NCBI GenBank assembly: GCA_035517655.1
Contig: DATIYJ010000060.1
Span: forward strand, 4,015-68,014
DNA from: Nitrospiria bacterium
GTDB taxonomy: Bacteria; Nitrospirota; Nitrospiria; JACQBZ01
Direction of reading: 5' to 3'
Length of the DNA: 64,000 bases
Numbering within the stretch: the first letter of the stretch is position 1; each line of letters starts with the position of its first letter. Below, in pieces: positions 1 through 9,290 of this stretch. The notes under the pieces were generated by a model. That model did no database searches. It was not told where the DNA came from and worked only from the letters and a program-made list of their open reading frames with translations. The position numbers and the translations under genes are program-made.

Positions 1-1603
1 CCTGCTTGAGCGCGGGCGCGTCGTTGACCCCATCGCCGGTCATGCCCGTCACACGGCCGGCCTGCTGCAAGGCCCGCACCAGGCGGAATTTGTCTTCCGG
101 AAAGACGCGCGCGAACCCATCGCAATCCAGAACCGGCGCGCCGTCCTCCCCGCGCAGCGCTTCCGCCGGGCAGATGCGATCGCCGATTCCGACCCGCGCA
201 GCCACCCCGCGGGCGGTGATTAGATTGTCGCCCGTCACCATCAGAACCCGCACCCCCAACTCCCGCAGGCCTTGGACCACCGACGCGGAATCCTCGCGCA
301 GAGGGTCTTCCAACGACACCAGCCCCGCCAAGCGGAGGGCCCCATCCGTGCCCACGGCCACGGCCAGAACACGATAGCCTTCCGCCGCCAGACGCTCCAC
401 CTCCGTGTCAATGTCAGGCGGGTTTTGAACCTGCGCGGCGACCGCGCGCGGCGCCCCCTTGAGCACCCGCAGCCTTTGTCCGTCCCGTTCAAAGACGGCC
501 TCGGTCCGCCGGGTTTCCGGATTAAAGGGGAGAAACTCCAAGCGTCGTCCCGCAGAAGCAAGCAGACCGCGCTCCCGTGCGGCGCCCAGGATCGCGAGAT
601 CGATCGGGTCCTGGCCCGCGTCATCGCTGGCCATCGCAGCCAGGCGCAGGAGTTCCTCCTCGGTCTGGGGCGGATAGGGGCGCAGCGCCGCGGGACGCAG
701 CCGGTTTTGGGTCAGGGTCCCGGTCTTGTCGCTGCACAGGATCTCCATCGCGGCGGCCTCCTCGATGGCGGAAAGCCGCGTCACCAGCACGCCGCGCGCC
801 GCCAACTCCTGCGCGCCCAAGGCGGTGGCCAGTGAAAACGTGGCGGGCAGGGCCGCCGGAACCGAGGCGATCAGGAGGATCAAGGCAAAGGGGAGGACAT
901 CCGACAGGGGCATCCCCGTCGCCACCGAATAGACCAGCAGCGCACTCACCAAGACCGCGTCCAGAACGATCAGGTATTTGACAATGGTGAAGATCAGGTT
1001 TTCGAGATGGCTGACGGCTTTTGCGGTGCGAACGAGCTCGGCGGTCTTTCCGAAATAGGTTCGCGGCCCGGTGGCGGTCACCTCGCCGTTCGCCTCCCCC
1101 CGCTTGATCACCGCGCCGGCGTAAGCCGCGGCGCCGGGACCGGCTTCGACCGGGAGCGACTCCCCGGTCAGCGCCGATTGATCGAGCAGCAGCGCGCCGT
1201 CAAACAAGCGGATATCCGCCGGCACCAAATCGCCCAGCCGCAGATGCACCACGTCCTCCGGCACCAGTTCCCGTGCGGGGATCTGCTGCCAACGGCCGTC
1301 GCGCCGCACCCGCGCCCGGACGGTGAGGCGGCGACGCAGCAGGGCCAGCGCCTGATTGGCGCGGTTTTCGTGAATGAAACTGACGGCGGCGTTGAAGACC
1401 AGCAGGAGCGCGATGATGACGGCTTCATCGAACTTGTCCAGAAAGAGCTGCAGCGCGATGGCGGCTTCCAGCATCCACGGCACCGGCGCCCAGAACTTGC
1501 TCAAGAATGCGAGCCCCGGATGACGACGGGCCTCCGCCACTTCATTCGGACCGACCTGTCGCAGTCGTTCCTCGGCCTGCGCGCCCGTCAATCCCTGTTC
1601 CAT
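1..1603 (-). CDS. P-type cation-transporting ATPase, P3A (H+-ATPase)-like; 3' end lies beyond the window edge
   Basis: The minus-strand frame is open from ATG 1603-1601 (SD GGGAGA upstream) to position 1. My translation reads MEQGLTGAQAEERLRQVGPNEV..., then LDQSALTGESLPV, ILCSDKTGTLTQNRL (rc of ~716-760) and GMTGDGVNDAPALKQ (rc of 1-45). It is absent from the ORF track because it has no stop inside the window. Confidence 0.85.
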   Translation of the reverse strand, partial: MEQGLTGAQAEERLRQVGPNEVAEARRHPGLAFLSKFWAPVPWMLEAAIALQLFLDKFDEAVIIALLLVFNAAVSFIHENRANQALALLRRRLTVRARVRRDGRWQQIPARELVPEDVVHLRLGDLVPADIRLFDGALLLDQSALTGESLPVEAGPGAAAYAGAVIKRGEANGEVTATGPRTYFGKTAELVRTAKAVSHLENLIFTIVKYLIVLDAVLVSALLVYSVATGMPLSDVLPFALILLIASVPAALPATFSLATALGAQELAARGVLVTRLSAIEEAAAMEILCSDKTGTLTQNRLRPAALRPYPPQTEEELLRLAAMASDDAGQDPIDLAILGAARERGLLASAGRRLEFLPFNPETRRTEAVFERDGQRLRVLKGAPRAVAAQVQNPPDIDTEVERLAAEGYRVLAVAVGTDGALRLAGLVSLEDPLREDSASVVQGLRELGVRVLMVTGDNLITARGVAARVGIGDRICPAEALRGEDGAPVLDCDGFARVFPEDKFRLVRALQQAGRVTGMTGDGVNDAPALKQ

Positions 1604-1647
1604 TAAAAGTTTCTCCCGGTCATTTCAGTCGGCCGCGACAAGGCGGG

Positions 1648-2814
1648 CTATCCCAGCGTCCTGCGGAAGCGCAGCACGCTCAGCGCGAAGATCGCGACGG
1701 CGAGGACGGCCAGCGGGACGACCTGCGGCCAGAGCGTGTCGATCCCGGCCCCCTTCAGGAAGATGCCACGAATAATGACGAGGAAATACCGCACGGGAGA
1801 GAGGTACGACAGGTCCTGGAAGAAGACCGGCATGTTGGCGATCGGGAAGGCGAAGCCGGAGAGGATCATCAACGGCAGCATGATGAAGAAGACGGTCAGC
1901 TGGGCCTGGTTCTGCGTCTTGGAGATCGTCGAGACGAACAGCCCCAGCCCCAGCGTCGTCAGGATATAGACCGCCGCCAACGCGAACAGGAGCGGGATGC
2001 TCCCCCGGACCGGGACGTCGAACCAGAAGATCCCGAACAGCAGAACGATGCCGATGTCGATGAACCCGATCACCACGAACGGCAGCAGCTTTCCGATCAT
2101 CAATTCCGACCGGCGGAGCGGCGTGATGATCAACTGATCGAGCGTCCCGATCTCCTTTTCCTTCACGATGCCCAGCGCGGTCATCATGCTCGTGATCACG
2201 ACCAAAAGCAGCGCGATGACGCCCGGGATCATATAATTCTTGCTCAGCAGGTCCGGGTTGTACCAGACGCGCAGGCGGCCGTTTATGATAGGGGCTCGCG
2301 CCTGCCCGCCGGCAGGCAGGTCGCCCTCCGACGACAGAGCCGTCCCATCGCTTGCATAGACACGGGTCAGCTGAATATTGGAGGAAAAAGCTTCCGTGAT
2401 CCGGTTGACGTAGTCGAGGCCGATGAGCGCGGTGTTCGAGTTGCTGCCGTCCACGATCGCCTGGACCGCGACGGGCCTTCCCCCCCGGATGCGCCGGCCG
2501 AAGTCCGGCGGAAGGACGAGGACGACGACGGCCCGGCCTCGGTCGATCCGGTCGACCGCCTCGCGGTAGTTGTTCACGTAGTCCCTGACGACGAAGTACT
2601 CGGTCGGCGTGAACGCGCGGATGTAGGCCCGGCTTTCGGCCGTGCGGCTCTGGTCCCAGACCGCGATCGTGAGGTTCTTGATATCGAAGGTCGCCCCGTA
2701 TCCGAGAAGGATCAGCTGGAGCACCGGCGCGATGAACAGGATCGGGAACAGCCGGGGGTCCCGTTGGAGTTGTTTGGCCTCTTTCCAGGCCATGGTCAGA
2801 ATGCGCTGGATCAC
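1648..2814 (-). CDS. ABC-2 type transporter permease (YbhR/YbhS-like)
   Basis: 388-aa ORF. It starts MIQRILTMAWKEAKQLQRDPRLF, has a large periplasmic loop and then 5 C-terminal TM segments. It is the second of two tandem paralogous permeases. Confidence 0.85.
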   Translation of the reverse strand: MIQRILTMAWKEAKQLQRDPRLFPILFIAPVLQLILLGYGATFDIKNLTIAVWDQSRTAESRAYIRAFTPTEYFVVRDYVNNYREAVDRIDRGRAVVVLVLPPDFGRRIRGGRPVAVQAIVDGSNSNTALIGLDYVNRITEAFSSNIQLTRVYASDGTALSSEGDLPAGGQARAPIINGRLRVWYNPDLLSKNYMIPGVIALLLVVITSMMTALGIVKEKEIGTLDQLIITPLRRSELMIGKLLPFVVIGFIDIGIVLLFGIFWFDVPVRGSIPLLFALAAVYILTTLGLGLFVSTISKTQNQAQLTVFFIMLPLMILSGFAFPIANMPVFFQDLSYLSPVRYFLVIIRGIFLKGAGIDTLWPQVVPLAVLAVAIFALSVLRFRRTLG

Positions 2815-2855
2815 GTCGGCCTCACGTCATGATCGGTCCGAAACACCGCACCCTT

Positions 2856-4004
2856 TCAGGCCTCTTCCCGCGCGGCGAATCGCCGGATGCTGATCGTGAT
2901 CACCGCCAGGCCGAAACCCAGAAGGATCAGCGTGTGCGGCCAAACCGCTTCCGCCCCGACCCCCTTCAACAGGATCGCGCGCAGGATGATCAGAAAATGG
3001 GTCGACGGAATCAGGAAGCTCACGCCTTGAAGCTGCCACGGCATGCTTTCGACCGGGAAAATGAAACCGGAGAGGATGAAGGTCGGAAGGAGCGTGCTGA
3101 TCAGGCTGATGAAAAAGGCCACGGCCCGCGTCCTGGCGATCGTGGAAATCAGGAGCCCCATTCCCAGCGTCGCCGGAAGAAAAACCAACGTCTGTCCGAA
3201 CAGCTGGATCGCGCTTCCGCGAAAGGGGACATGAAACACCACCACGCCGGTCAGCACGGTTAGGACGATCACGACGAGGCTGATGATCCCGTACGGGAGC
3301 ATCTTGCCCAGGATCACCTCCCACGGCCGGGCCGGGCTTAACAGGAGCACCTCGAGGTTGCCCAGCTCGCGCTCCCGCACCACGGCCATGGCCGGGAGAG
3401 CGACGCCGATGATCATGATCAGCAAGCCGACGATTCCGGGCGTGATGAAGATGGTGCTGTTCAGGTCCGGATTGAACCAGACACGGCTCTCGACCCCGAT
3501 CGCCGCCCGCGGGGCGGCGGCGCGCAGCCGATCCGGGGAATAGCCGCGGAGCACCTGCTCCACGTAACCCCCGGCCACGCTCGCCGTGTTGTTGTCCGAT
3601 CCGTCGAGAAGGATCTGGATCGAATCCGGAAACCCGGAACGCACCCGGTCCCCGAAGCGGGGCGGGATTTCAAGATAGACACTGGCCCTTCCCCGGTCCA
3701 GCAGCTCCGCCTCTCGTCCGCAGGCCTGCCCGTCCGGCAGGCGGGCCTCCGCGTCGACCGATTTGAAATAGCCGGAGCTGAAGAAGGCTTCGGCCAGCGC
3801 TCGTGACTCGGGCGTGCGGTCCCGATCGCAGACCGCGGTGCGGATCTGCTTGATGTCCAGGTTGATCGCAAACCCGAACAGGATCAGAAGCAGGACCGGC
3901 ATCAGGACGACCAGCCCCAGCGTCCGGGGATCCCGCCGGATCTCGATAAATTCCTTGACCATGATCGCCCAAAGAGGACCCATCCGAATCCGCCTTTTAT
4001 CCAC
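2856..4004 (-). CDS. ABC-2 type transporter permease (YbhS/YbhR-like)
   Basis: 382-aa ORF containing WAIMVKEFIEIRRDPRTLGLVVLMPV. Its architecture matches the paralog at 1648-2814. Confidence 0.85.
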   Translation of the reverse strand: MDKRRIRMGPLWAIMVKEFIEIRRDPRTLGLVVLMPVLLLILFGFAINLDIKQIRTAVCDRDRTPESRALAEAFFSSGYFKSVDAEARLPDGQACGREAELLDRGRASVYLEIPPRFGDRVRSGFPDSIQILLDGSDNNTASVAGGYVEQVLRGYSPDRLRAAAPRAAIGVESRVWFNPDLNSTIFITPGIVGLLIMIIGVALPAMAVVRERELGNLEVLLLSPARPWEVILGKMLPYGIISLVVIVLTVLTGVVVFHVPFRGSAIQLFGQTLVFLPATLGMGLLISTIARTRAVAFFISLISTLLPTFILSGFIFPVESMPWQLQGVSFLIPSTHFLIILRAILLKGVGAEAVWPHTLILLGFGLAVITISIRRFAAREEA

Positions 4005-4042
4005 AACAACGTTGGATCATCCGCGGGTGGCCGAGACGGGGC

Positions 4043-4129
4043 GCCCCATCCGCCCGCAACGGAAAATCCCCGCCGGGTGGGGATGGCGGGCCTCACCGGA
4101 AAGTTAAACGCAGTGAGGACGGATGGGGC
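4043..4129 (-). other. Structured intergenic element inside the efflux operon
   Basis: A 10-bp outer stem (GCCCCATCCG at 4043-4052 with CGGATGGGGC at 4120-4129) encloses two hairpins: CCCGCC/GGCGGG (4068-4090) and CCTCAC/GTGAGG (4091-4118). Confidence 0.45.
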
Positions 4130-4158
4130 TGTCGAAGGACAGGACCCGCTGATCACCC

Positions 4159-5088
4159 CTACATTGTTTTCGACAACGAAACGAAGACATCCTCGATCGA
4201 CGGCTGGATCCGCTCCAGCCGCTCCACCGAAATCCCCGCCTCCTCCAAGGCGGCCCGCAGGCGCGGGATGGCCTCGTCCGCGCGGGGCACGGCCACGTGG
4301 AGATCCTCCCCGTAGATATTGACGTCGAGGATGCCGGGAAGCCCCCGGATCCTGCGGAAGGCCTCGTTGAGCCGTCCGGTCCGGACCGTCACGATTTCAT
4401 GGGCGTGGAATTCGGTCCGGATCCTGAACGGACTGTCGAGCGCGGCGAGCCGGCCCTTCCAGATGAAACCGATCCGGTGGCAACGCTCGGCCTCCTCCAT
4501 GTAATGCGTCGTCACGAACAGCGTCTTCCCCTTTTCGGCCAGGCCGTAGAAGTAGTCCCACATCGTCCGCCGGGACACCGGATCGATACCCGCCGTGGGT
4601 TCGTCCAGGAAAACCACTTCGGGATCGTGGACGATGGCGCAGCCGAGCGCGAGCCGCTGCCTCCATCCCCCCGAAAGCTGCGAGGCCAGGGTTTTGCGGT
4701 ACGGCTCGAACCCGAGCGAGTCGATCACCTCCCGCGTTTTCTCGCGGGCCGTCGCGGCATCGAGATACAGGCGTGAATAAAACCAGAGATTCTCTTCCGC
4801 CGTCAGGTCGGAATAGAGACCGAAACTCTGGGACATGTAGCCGACGAGCGGTTTGATGCGGTCGTTCTCCCGATTCACGTCGAGGCCCAGGATCGTCGCG
4901 GCTCCCGAGGTCGGCCGGAGAATCCCGCAGAGCATCCGGATCGTCGTGGACTTCCCCGCCCCGTTAGGCCCGAGGAAACCGAAAATCTCGCCCTTCCCGA
5001 TCCGGAAACTGACATCGTCCACCGCCGCGACGACTCCGAATCGTTTGACCAGGCGGTCGGCCGCGATGGCCGGCGACGGCGCGCTCAC
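4159..5088 (-). CDS. ABC transporter ATP-binding protein (partner of the ABC-2 permeases)
   Basis: Walker A GPNGAGKSTT, signature LSGGWRQR and Walker B VVFLDEPTAGID. I place the start at GTG 5088-5086, in a GTGA overlap with the stop of the upstream HlyD gene. The 670-aa track ORF (4159-6171) is an artefactual 5' extension. Confidence 0.85.
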   Translation of the reverse strand: MSAPSPAIAADRLVKRFGVVAAVDDVSFRIGKGEIFGFLGPNGAGKSTTIRMLCGILRPTSGAATILGLDVNRENDRIKPLVGYMSQSFGLYSDLTAEENLWFYSRLYLDAATAREKTREVIDSLGFEPYRKTLASQLSGGWRQRLALGCAIVHDPEVVFLDEPTAGIDPVSRRTMWDYFYGLAEKGKTLFVTTHYMEEAERCHRIGFIWKGRLAALDSPFRIRTEFHAHEIVTVRTGRLNEAFRRIRGLPGILDVNIYGEDLHVAVPRADEAIPRLRAALEEAGISVERLERIQPSIEDVFVSLSKTM

Positions 5089-6086
5089 GGTCGCCCCCCG
5101 TCCAGCAACAGTTCCACGTCGGCCGGCATGCCGGGCTTCAGCTCGCCGTTTGCATTCCCGACGGCGACCTTCACCTCGAACACCAGCTTGACCCGTTCCT
5201 CTTTCGTCTGGATCGTCTTGGGCGTGAACTCCGCCTTGTCCGAAATATAGGTCACTTTCCCGGAATAGAACTTGCCGGGGAAACTGTCGACCGAGACGCG
5301 GGCGTTCTGGCCCAGCTTCACGCGGCCGAGGTCCGTTTCCTTGATATAGATAGTCACCCAAAGATGGTCCAGATCGCCCAGCGTCACGACGGGCGAACCC
5401 ACCGTCGCGATCTCGCCGACCTCGCGGTTCTTCAGCAATACGGTAGCGGCCCGCGGGGCCGAGAGGCGGGTCTGGTCCAGCTGCGCCTGGGCCAGTTCCA
5501 GCGCGGCCTGCGTCCGATCGAGCTCCCCGCGTGCGGCGTCGATCACCGGCCGCCGCGTGCCGGCCTTCTGCAGATCCAGATGCTCCTTGGCCTCCCGCTG
5601 CTTGGCCGCCGCCACATCGTACGAAGTTCGGGCGCGCTCCCATTCCTGGTCCGAGGCCACCTTGTCCTTGTGAAGACGGTCCAGCCGCTCCCAGTCGGTC
5701 CGGCTCTTCTCCACGTTGGCCTGCGCCTCCTCCAAGGCGGCCTCGGCCTTCTTGATCTCCTGCTCGCGCGAACCGGCCTCCAGATTTTGAAGGTTGGACC
5801 GCGCCGCGGCCCGTTGGGCCTCGGCCTCCCGAACCTGGGCCTCCAGCTCGCGTCGCTCGATCACGGCCAGGAGTTGGTCCTTCTGGACCCGGTCGCCCTC
5901 GTCCACCGTGATTTGCTCGATCCGGCCGGTGAGCTTCGGCGCGATCTCGACCTCGGTCGCCTCGATCGTCCCGCTGGCCGCGATCCGATCTCCGTTTGAA
6001 GGGCGATCGAAATACCGAAGCGCCGCGAGCCATCCCAGAACCGCAACGGCGACGACCGCGGTCGCGACGATCCGGACCCTCGTCAT
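5085..6086 (-). CDS. HlyD-family membrane fusion protein (YbhG-like)
   Basis: 333 aa with an N-terminal TM segment, a lipoyl-like hairpin (VDEGDRVQKDQLLAVI) and a long coiled coil rich in A/E/Q. It has 4-nt overlaps with both neighbours. Confidence 0.85.
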   Translation of the reverse strand: MTRVRIVATAVVAVAVLGWLAALRYFDRPSNGDRIAASGTIEATEVEIAPKLTGRIEQITVDEGDRVQKDQLLAVIERRELEAQVREAEAQRAAARSNLQNLEAGSREQEIKKAEAALEEAQANVEKSRTDWERLDRLHKDKVASDQEWERARTSYDVAAAKQREAKEHLDLQKAGTRRPVIDAARGELDRTQAALELAQAQLDQTRLSAPRAATVLLKNREVGEIATVGSPVVTLGDLDHLWVTIYIKETDLGRVKLGQNARVSVDSFPGKFYSGKVTYISDKAEFTPKTIQTKEERVKLVFEVKVAVGNANGELKPGMPADVELLLDGGRP

Positions 6087-7519
6087 CGCTTTCCCTCCCC
6101 CTCGCCGCTTCCCGAAAGAACCTGCCGCCCCAGGGCCCGATCCAGCCGGGCCTTGGCCGACTGGAAATCATAGACGGCGTTGGTCAGGTTCGCCTGAGCC
6201 GAGATCAGGAGACTCTCGGCATCGAGCACTTCGGTGTTCGTCGTGACGCCCGCCTGAAACCGCTCGTCGGTGATCCGATAATTCTCCTTCGCCTGCTCGA
6301 CCGCCGTCCGGGCCACCCCGATCTTCTCCTTTGCCTCGACCGCGCCGAGGTACTGCTCGCGGACCTCCAGGGCGATGCGGTCCTCGATCGCCTGGAGATC
6401 CAGTTCGCTCTGGCGCAGCCGAAGCCGCGCGCGCTCGACGTCCCGCTCGGTCTTCCCCCATTCCCAGAAGGTCCAGCGCAGAACGCCCAAAACTTCCCAG
6501 TTCTCCGGGAGAATGCTCGGGGTCTCTTTATCCCGGTCGTAGTTGGCCAGCGCGCTCACATTGGGGAAATAACCGCTTTGGGCCAGTTTCCGACGGATCT
6601 CCATCGTCCGGATTTGGGTCCGCCCGGCCGCGAGTTCCGGGCGGAGCTCCCGCGCGATTTTCACGGCGTCCTCGTAGGAGATCAACTCGGCCGATTCCGG
6701 CTGATCCTCCCGGGACGCCAAGGCCAGCGGCGTCGTGAGGTCCTGGCGAAGCAGATTGTTCATCGTCATCCTGGCCAGCTCGGCGTCGTTCTTCGCCGTG
6801 AGAAGCCGCTGTTCGGCTTCGGCTTTGTTGACGGTCGTTTTCAGGACTTCGTTGAAGGGAACGCTGCCGGCGTCGTACGACGCCTTCACCACCCGGAGAT
6901 GCTCTGTCAGATCCCGGACCTGCTGTTCGGCCACGTCCTTCAACCGCTCCGTCTTCAAAATATCCCAATAGGCCAATTCCACCCGGAGAAGAAGATCCTG
7001 AAGGTTCTGCTGATGGAGCAAAGCGGCCAGTGTCGATCCCAGCCGGGCATCCTGATACGCGTAGTACACCGCACCGCCGGTGAACAAGGGCTGCTCGAGC
7101 GTCAGGCGCAAACCGTAGTTGGCCAACACGCCGGTTTGCACATCGGCCTGCGTCGGCGGCAGGAGCGGCGCGGTGCTGAAGCTGCCGGCCGGAAGCTGGA
7201 TTCGCGGGGCGGTCCCGACGCGGCTGTACCTCGCCTCGGCCGAAAGTTTCGGGAAAAAATCGGCATAGCGACCCCGGGCCTCGGCTTTCGCGCCCAACAC
7301 GTCGGCCTCCGAGGACTTCAGCCCGAGATTCCGCTCCAGCGCCAGCCGCTTCAGGTCCTCCAGCCCCATCGCCCGGCCCGTCTCCGGTTCCGGGGACTGC
7401 GCCGGCGCCGGCGGCGCCACGGGAAGGAGTCCCAGCCCAACAATCAAAAGGATCAACCCGGACCGTAGGAGCGTGCCGCCGGGCGTCACGGCTTGGATCT
7501 TCTTCCCGCGGGTCTTCAT
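6083..7519 (-). CDS. TolC-family outer membrane efflux protein
   Basis: The translation shows the two-repeat TolC architecture (…LERNLGLKSSEADVLGAKAE… and …AGVTTNTEVLDAESLL…). I place the start at ATG 7519-7517, in an ATGA overlap with the upstream MFP stop. A signal peptide follows (LLIVGLGLLPVAPPAPAQ). Confidence 0.85.
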   Translation of the reverse strand: MKTRGKKIQAVTPGGTLLRSGLILLIVGLGLLPVAPPAPAQSPEPETGRAMGLEDLKRLALERNLGLKSSEADVLGAKAEARGRYADFFPKLSAEARYSRVGTAPRIQLPAGSFSTAPLLPPTQADVQTGVLANYGLRLTLEQPLFTGGAVYYAYQDARLGSTLAALLHQQNLQDLLLRVELAYWDILKTERLKDVAEQQVRDLTEHLRVVKASYDAGSVPFNEVLKTTVNKAEAEQRLLTAKNDAELARMTMNNLLRQDLTTPLALASREDQPESAELISYEDAVKIARELRPELAAGRTQIRTMEIRRKLAQSGYFPNVSALANYDRDKETPSILPENWEVLGVLRWTFWEWGKTERDVERARLRLRQSELDLQAIEDRIALEVREQYLGAVEAKEKIGVARTAVEQAKENYRITDERFQAGVTTNTEVLDAESLLISAQANLTNAVYDFQSAKARLDRALGRQVLSGSGEGEGKR

Positions 7520-8619
7520 GGAATCACCACCTCTTCCCCTTCCTTTAAGCCGTGAAGGACTTCGGCGTCCCATCGGTCCATCGCGCCCAAAACCACCCGT
7601 CGAATCTCGGGCCGGCCCCGACCGTCCTTCACAACCATCACGTAAGAACCGTTTTCATCCTGCCGGATCGCGCGGCGCGGGATTTTTAAGACGCGGTCGG
7701 CCCGGACGACGTCGATTTTCACGTCCACCGTCATGCCCAATTTAAACGGGGGCAAGCAAGCGTCGGGCTTTGCCCGCGCTTGCGCGGGGACACGGGGGGC
7801 ATCGGAGGACCCTGTTCCTTCTTCGCCGCACGGGCCCCCCGATTCAATCTTCCGAAGCTCAATCTTGGCTTCTAAAACCTTGGTGTCGGAGATTTTGGAC
7901 GGGTCCTCCAGCTTGATCGACCGCCGGCCGACGCGCTCTCCGATCTCGATCACTTTCCCGGTGAAAACACGGCCGGGATAGGAGTCCGCCGTAATCGAGG
8001 CCTCCTGGCCGAGCGCCAGATGTCCGACGTCGTCCTCATCGATCTCGGCCCGGACCCGGACGGCCGAGGTATCCGCGATCGTCAGAATGGGGCTGCCGGC
8101 CTTGACCGATTCCCCCGCCTCGCGGTATTTCGCGATCACCTTCCCCGAAACGGGCGAGGCGATATGCATGTCCCTTAAAAGCGCCTCGGCCATTTCGAGA
8201 CTGGCGCGGGCCAGATCCCGCTTCGCGTCGGCGCTGTCAAACTGGGACTTGGATGCGGCGTTGGACTGAAGGAGGCGCCGGCTGCGCGAATAATCGAGCT
8301 CCGCATCCTTCAACTCCGCGCGCGCCTGGTCGACGGCGGCCTTGGCGTACGCGTCGTCCATCACGATGACGGTCCGGTCCTTCGCGACCTCGTCGCCTTC
8401 CTTCACGGCGATGGACCGGATCCGCCCGTCGACCTTCCCGGCCAGGTCGACGGTCGTCTTCGCCTCGACCCGGCCCCGGGACGCGATGCGATCCAGGATG
8501 TTGCCGTAGGTCGCCCTCGCCGTTTGACCCGGACCGGACGGGCCGCGAAGCGTCCAAAGGCCCGCGACGACGAGACCCGCCGCCAGAATAAAGACCGCCC
8601 ACCCGATCACGCGCTTCAT
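7516..8619 (-). CDS. HlyD/MacA-type periplasmic adaptor (membrane fusion protein)
   Basis: [22 protein letters not shown] forms the TM anchor, followed by GKVDGRIRSIAVKEGDEVAKD and a beta-barrel region. I place the start at ATG 8619-8617, in an ATGA overlap with the ATPase stop. The 517-aa track ORF is a 5' extension. Confidence 0.8.
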   Translation of the reverse strand: MKRVIGWAVFILAAGLVVAGLWTLRGPSGPGQTARATYGNILDRIASRGRVEAKTTVDLAGKVDGRIRSIAVKEGDEVAKDRTVIVMDDAYAKAAVDQARAELKDAELDYSRSRRLLQSNAASKSQFDSADAKRDLARASLEMAEALLRDMHIASPVSGKVIAKYREAGESVKAGSPILTIADTSAVRVRAEIDEDDVGHLALGQEASITADSYPGRVFTGKVIEIGERVGRRSIKLEDPSKISDTKVLEAKIELRKIESGGPCGEEGTGSSDAPRVPAQARAKPDACLPPFKLGMTVDVKIDVVRADRVLKIPRRAIRQDENGSYVMVVKDGRGRPEIRRVVLGAMDRWDAEVLHGLKEGEEVVIP

Positions 8620-9290
8620 GATATCAGAACTCCGTCCTCCAAGCGATAGACCCGATGAACCAGATCCATCATGCGCGCGTCGTGCGTCACGACCACGACG
8701 GATCGGTTTTCCTTCACCACGAGGTCCCGCAACAGCTCGATGATGGCATGGCCCGTCTTGGAGTCGAGGTTGCCTGTCGGCTCGTCCGCCAGGATCAACG
8801 GCGGCCGGTTCACAAGCGCCCGCGCGATCGAGACGCGTTGCTTCTGCCCGCCGGAGAGATCCCGGGGAAGGAAATCCGCCCGGTCGCCGAGCCCGACCGC
8901 CTCCATCATTTCCCGGGCCCGCCGCTTCGATTCCGATCCCCGGACTTCCCGAAGGTTCAGGGCCACCTCGACGTTCTCCAGCGCGGTCAGCGCTGAAAAA
9001 AGATTGAAGCTTTGGAACACGAACCCGATCGACCGCAGGCGAACCCGCGTCAGGTCGTCCTCCTCCCACCGCACCGGACGGCCCTCGATGATCACCTCGC
9101 CCCGGGTCGGCCGGAGGATGCAGCCGATCATCGAGAGCAACGTCGTCTTGCCGGACCCGGACGGGCCCATGATCGCCACGCTCTCGCCGGGCTTCACCCG
9201 AAGCGACACGTCGCGCACCGCCTCCACGGCCACCGGCCCTTCTTCATAGACTTTGCGAAGCCCCCGGGCCTCCAGAATGTATTCGTTCAT
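8616..9290 (-). CDS. ABC transporter ATP-binding protein, MacB/LolD/DevA type
   Basis: [15 protein letters not shown], Walker [12 protein letters not shown], signature [15 protein letters not shown] and Walker [13 protein letters not shown]. The start ATG 9290 overlaps the permease stop (ATGA). Confidence 0.9.
   Translation of the reverse strand: MNEYILEARGLRKVYEEGPVAVEAVRDVSLRVKPGESVAIMGPSGSGKTTLLSMIGCILRPTRGEVIIEGRPVRWEEDDLTRVRLRSIGFVFQSFNLFSALTALENVEVALNLREVRGSESKRRAREMMEAVGLGDRADFLPRDLSGGQKQRVSIARALVNRPPLILADEPTGNLDSKTGHAIIELLRDLVVKENRSVVVVTHDARMMDLVHRVYRLEDGVLIS

Noticed and set aside
1507-2832. Long plus-strand ORF (441 aa) antisense to the ABC-2 permease. Similar long antisense ORFs occur at 5996-7468, 12303-13814, 27497-28879, 48591-50012 and 50175-51494.
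   Set aside because: Their translations are low-complexity and rich in R/D/P/G/H, as expected for the reverse frame of high-GC genes. Each lies fully inside a gene with clear family signatures on the other strand, and none has an SD or promoter.
4159-6171. 670-aa minus-strand ORF that appears to fuse the ABC ATPase to a long N-terminal region.
   Set aside because: The N-terminal ~360 residues are R/G/P-rich nonsense read out of frame across the HlyD gene. The ATPase starts at GTG 5088, which overlaps the HlyD stop. The 5' extensions of ORFs 7516-9069, 44281-45300 and 8616-9359 are rejected for the same reason.
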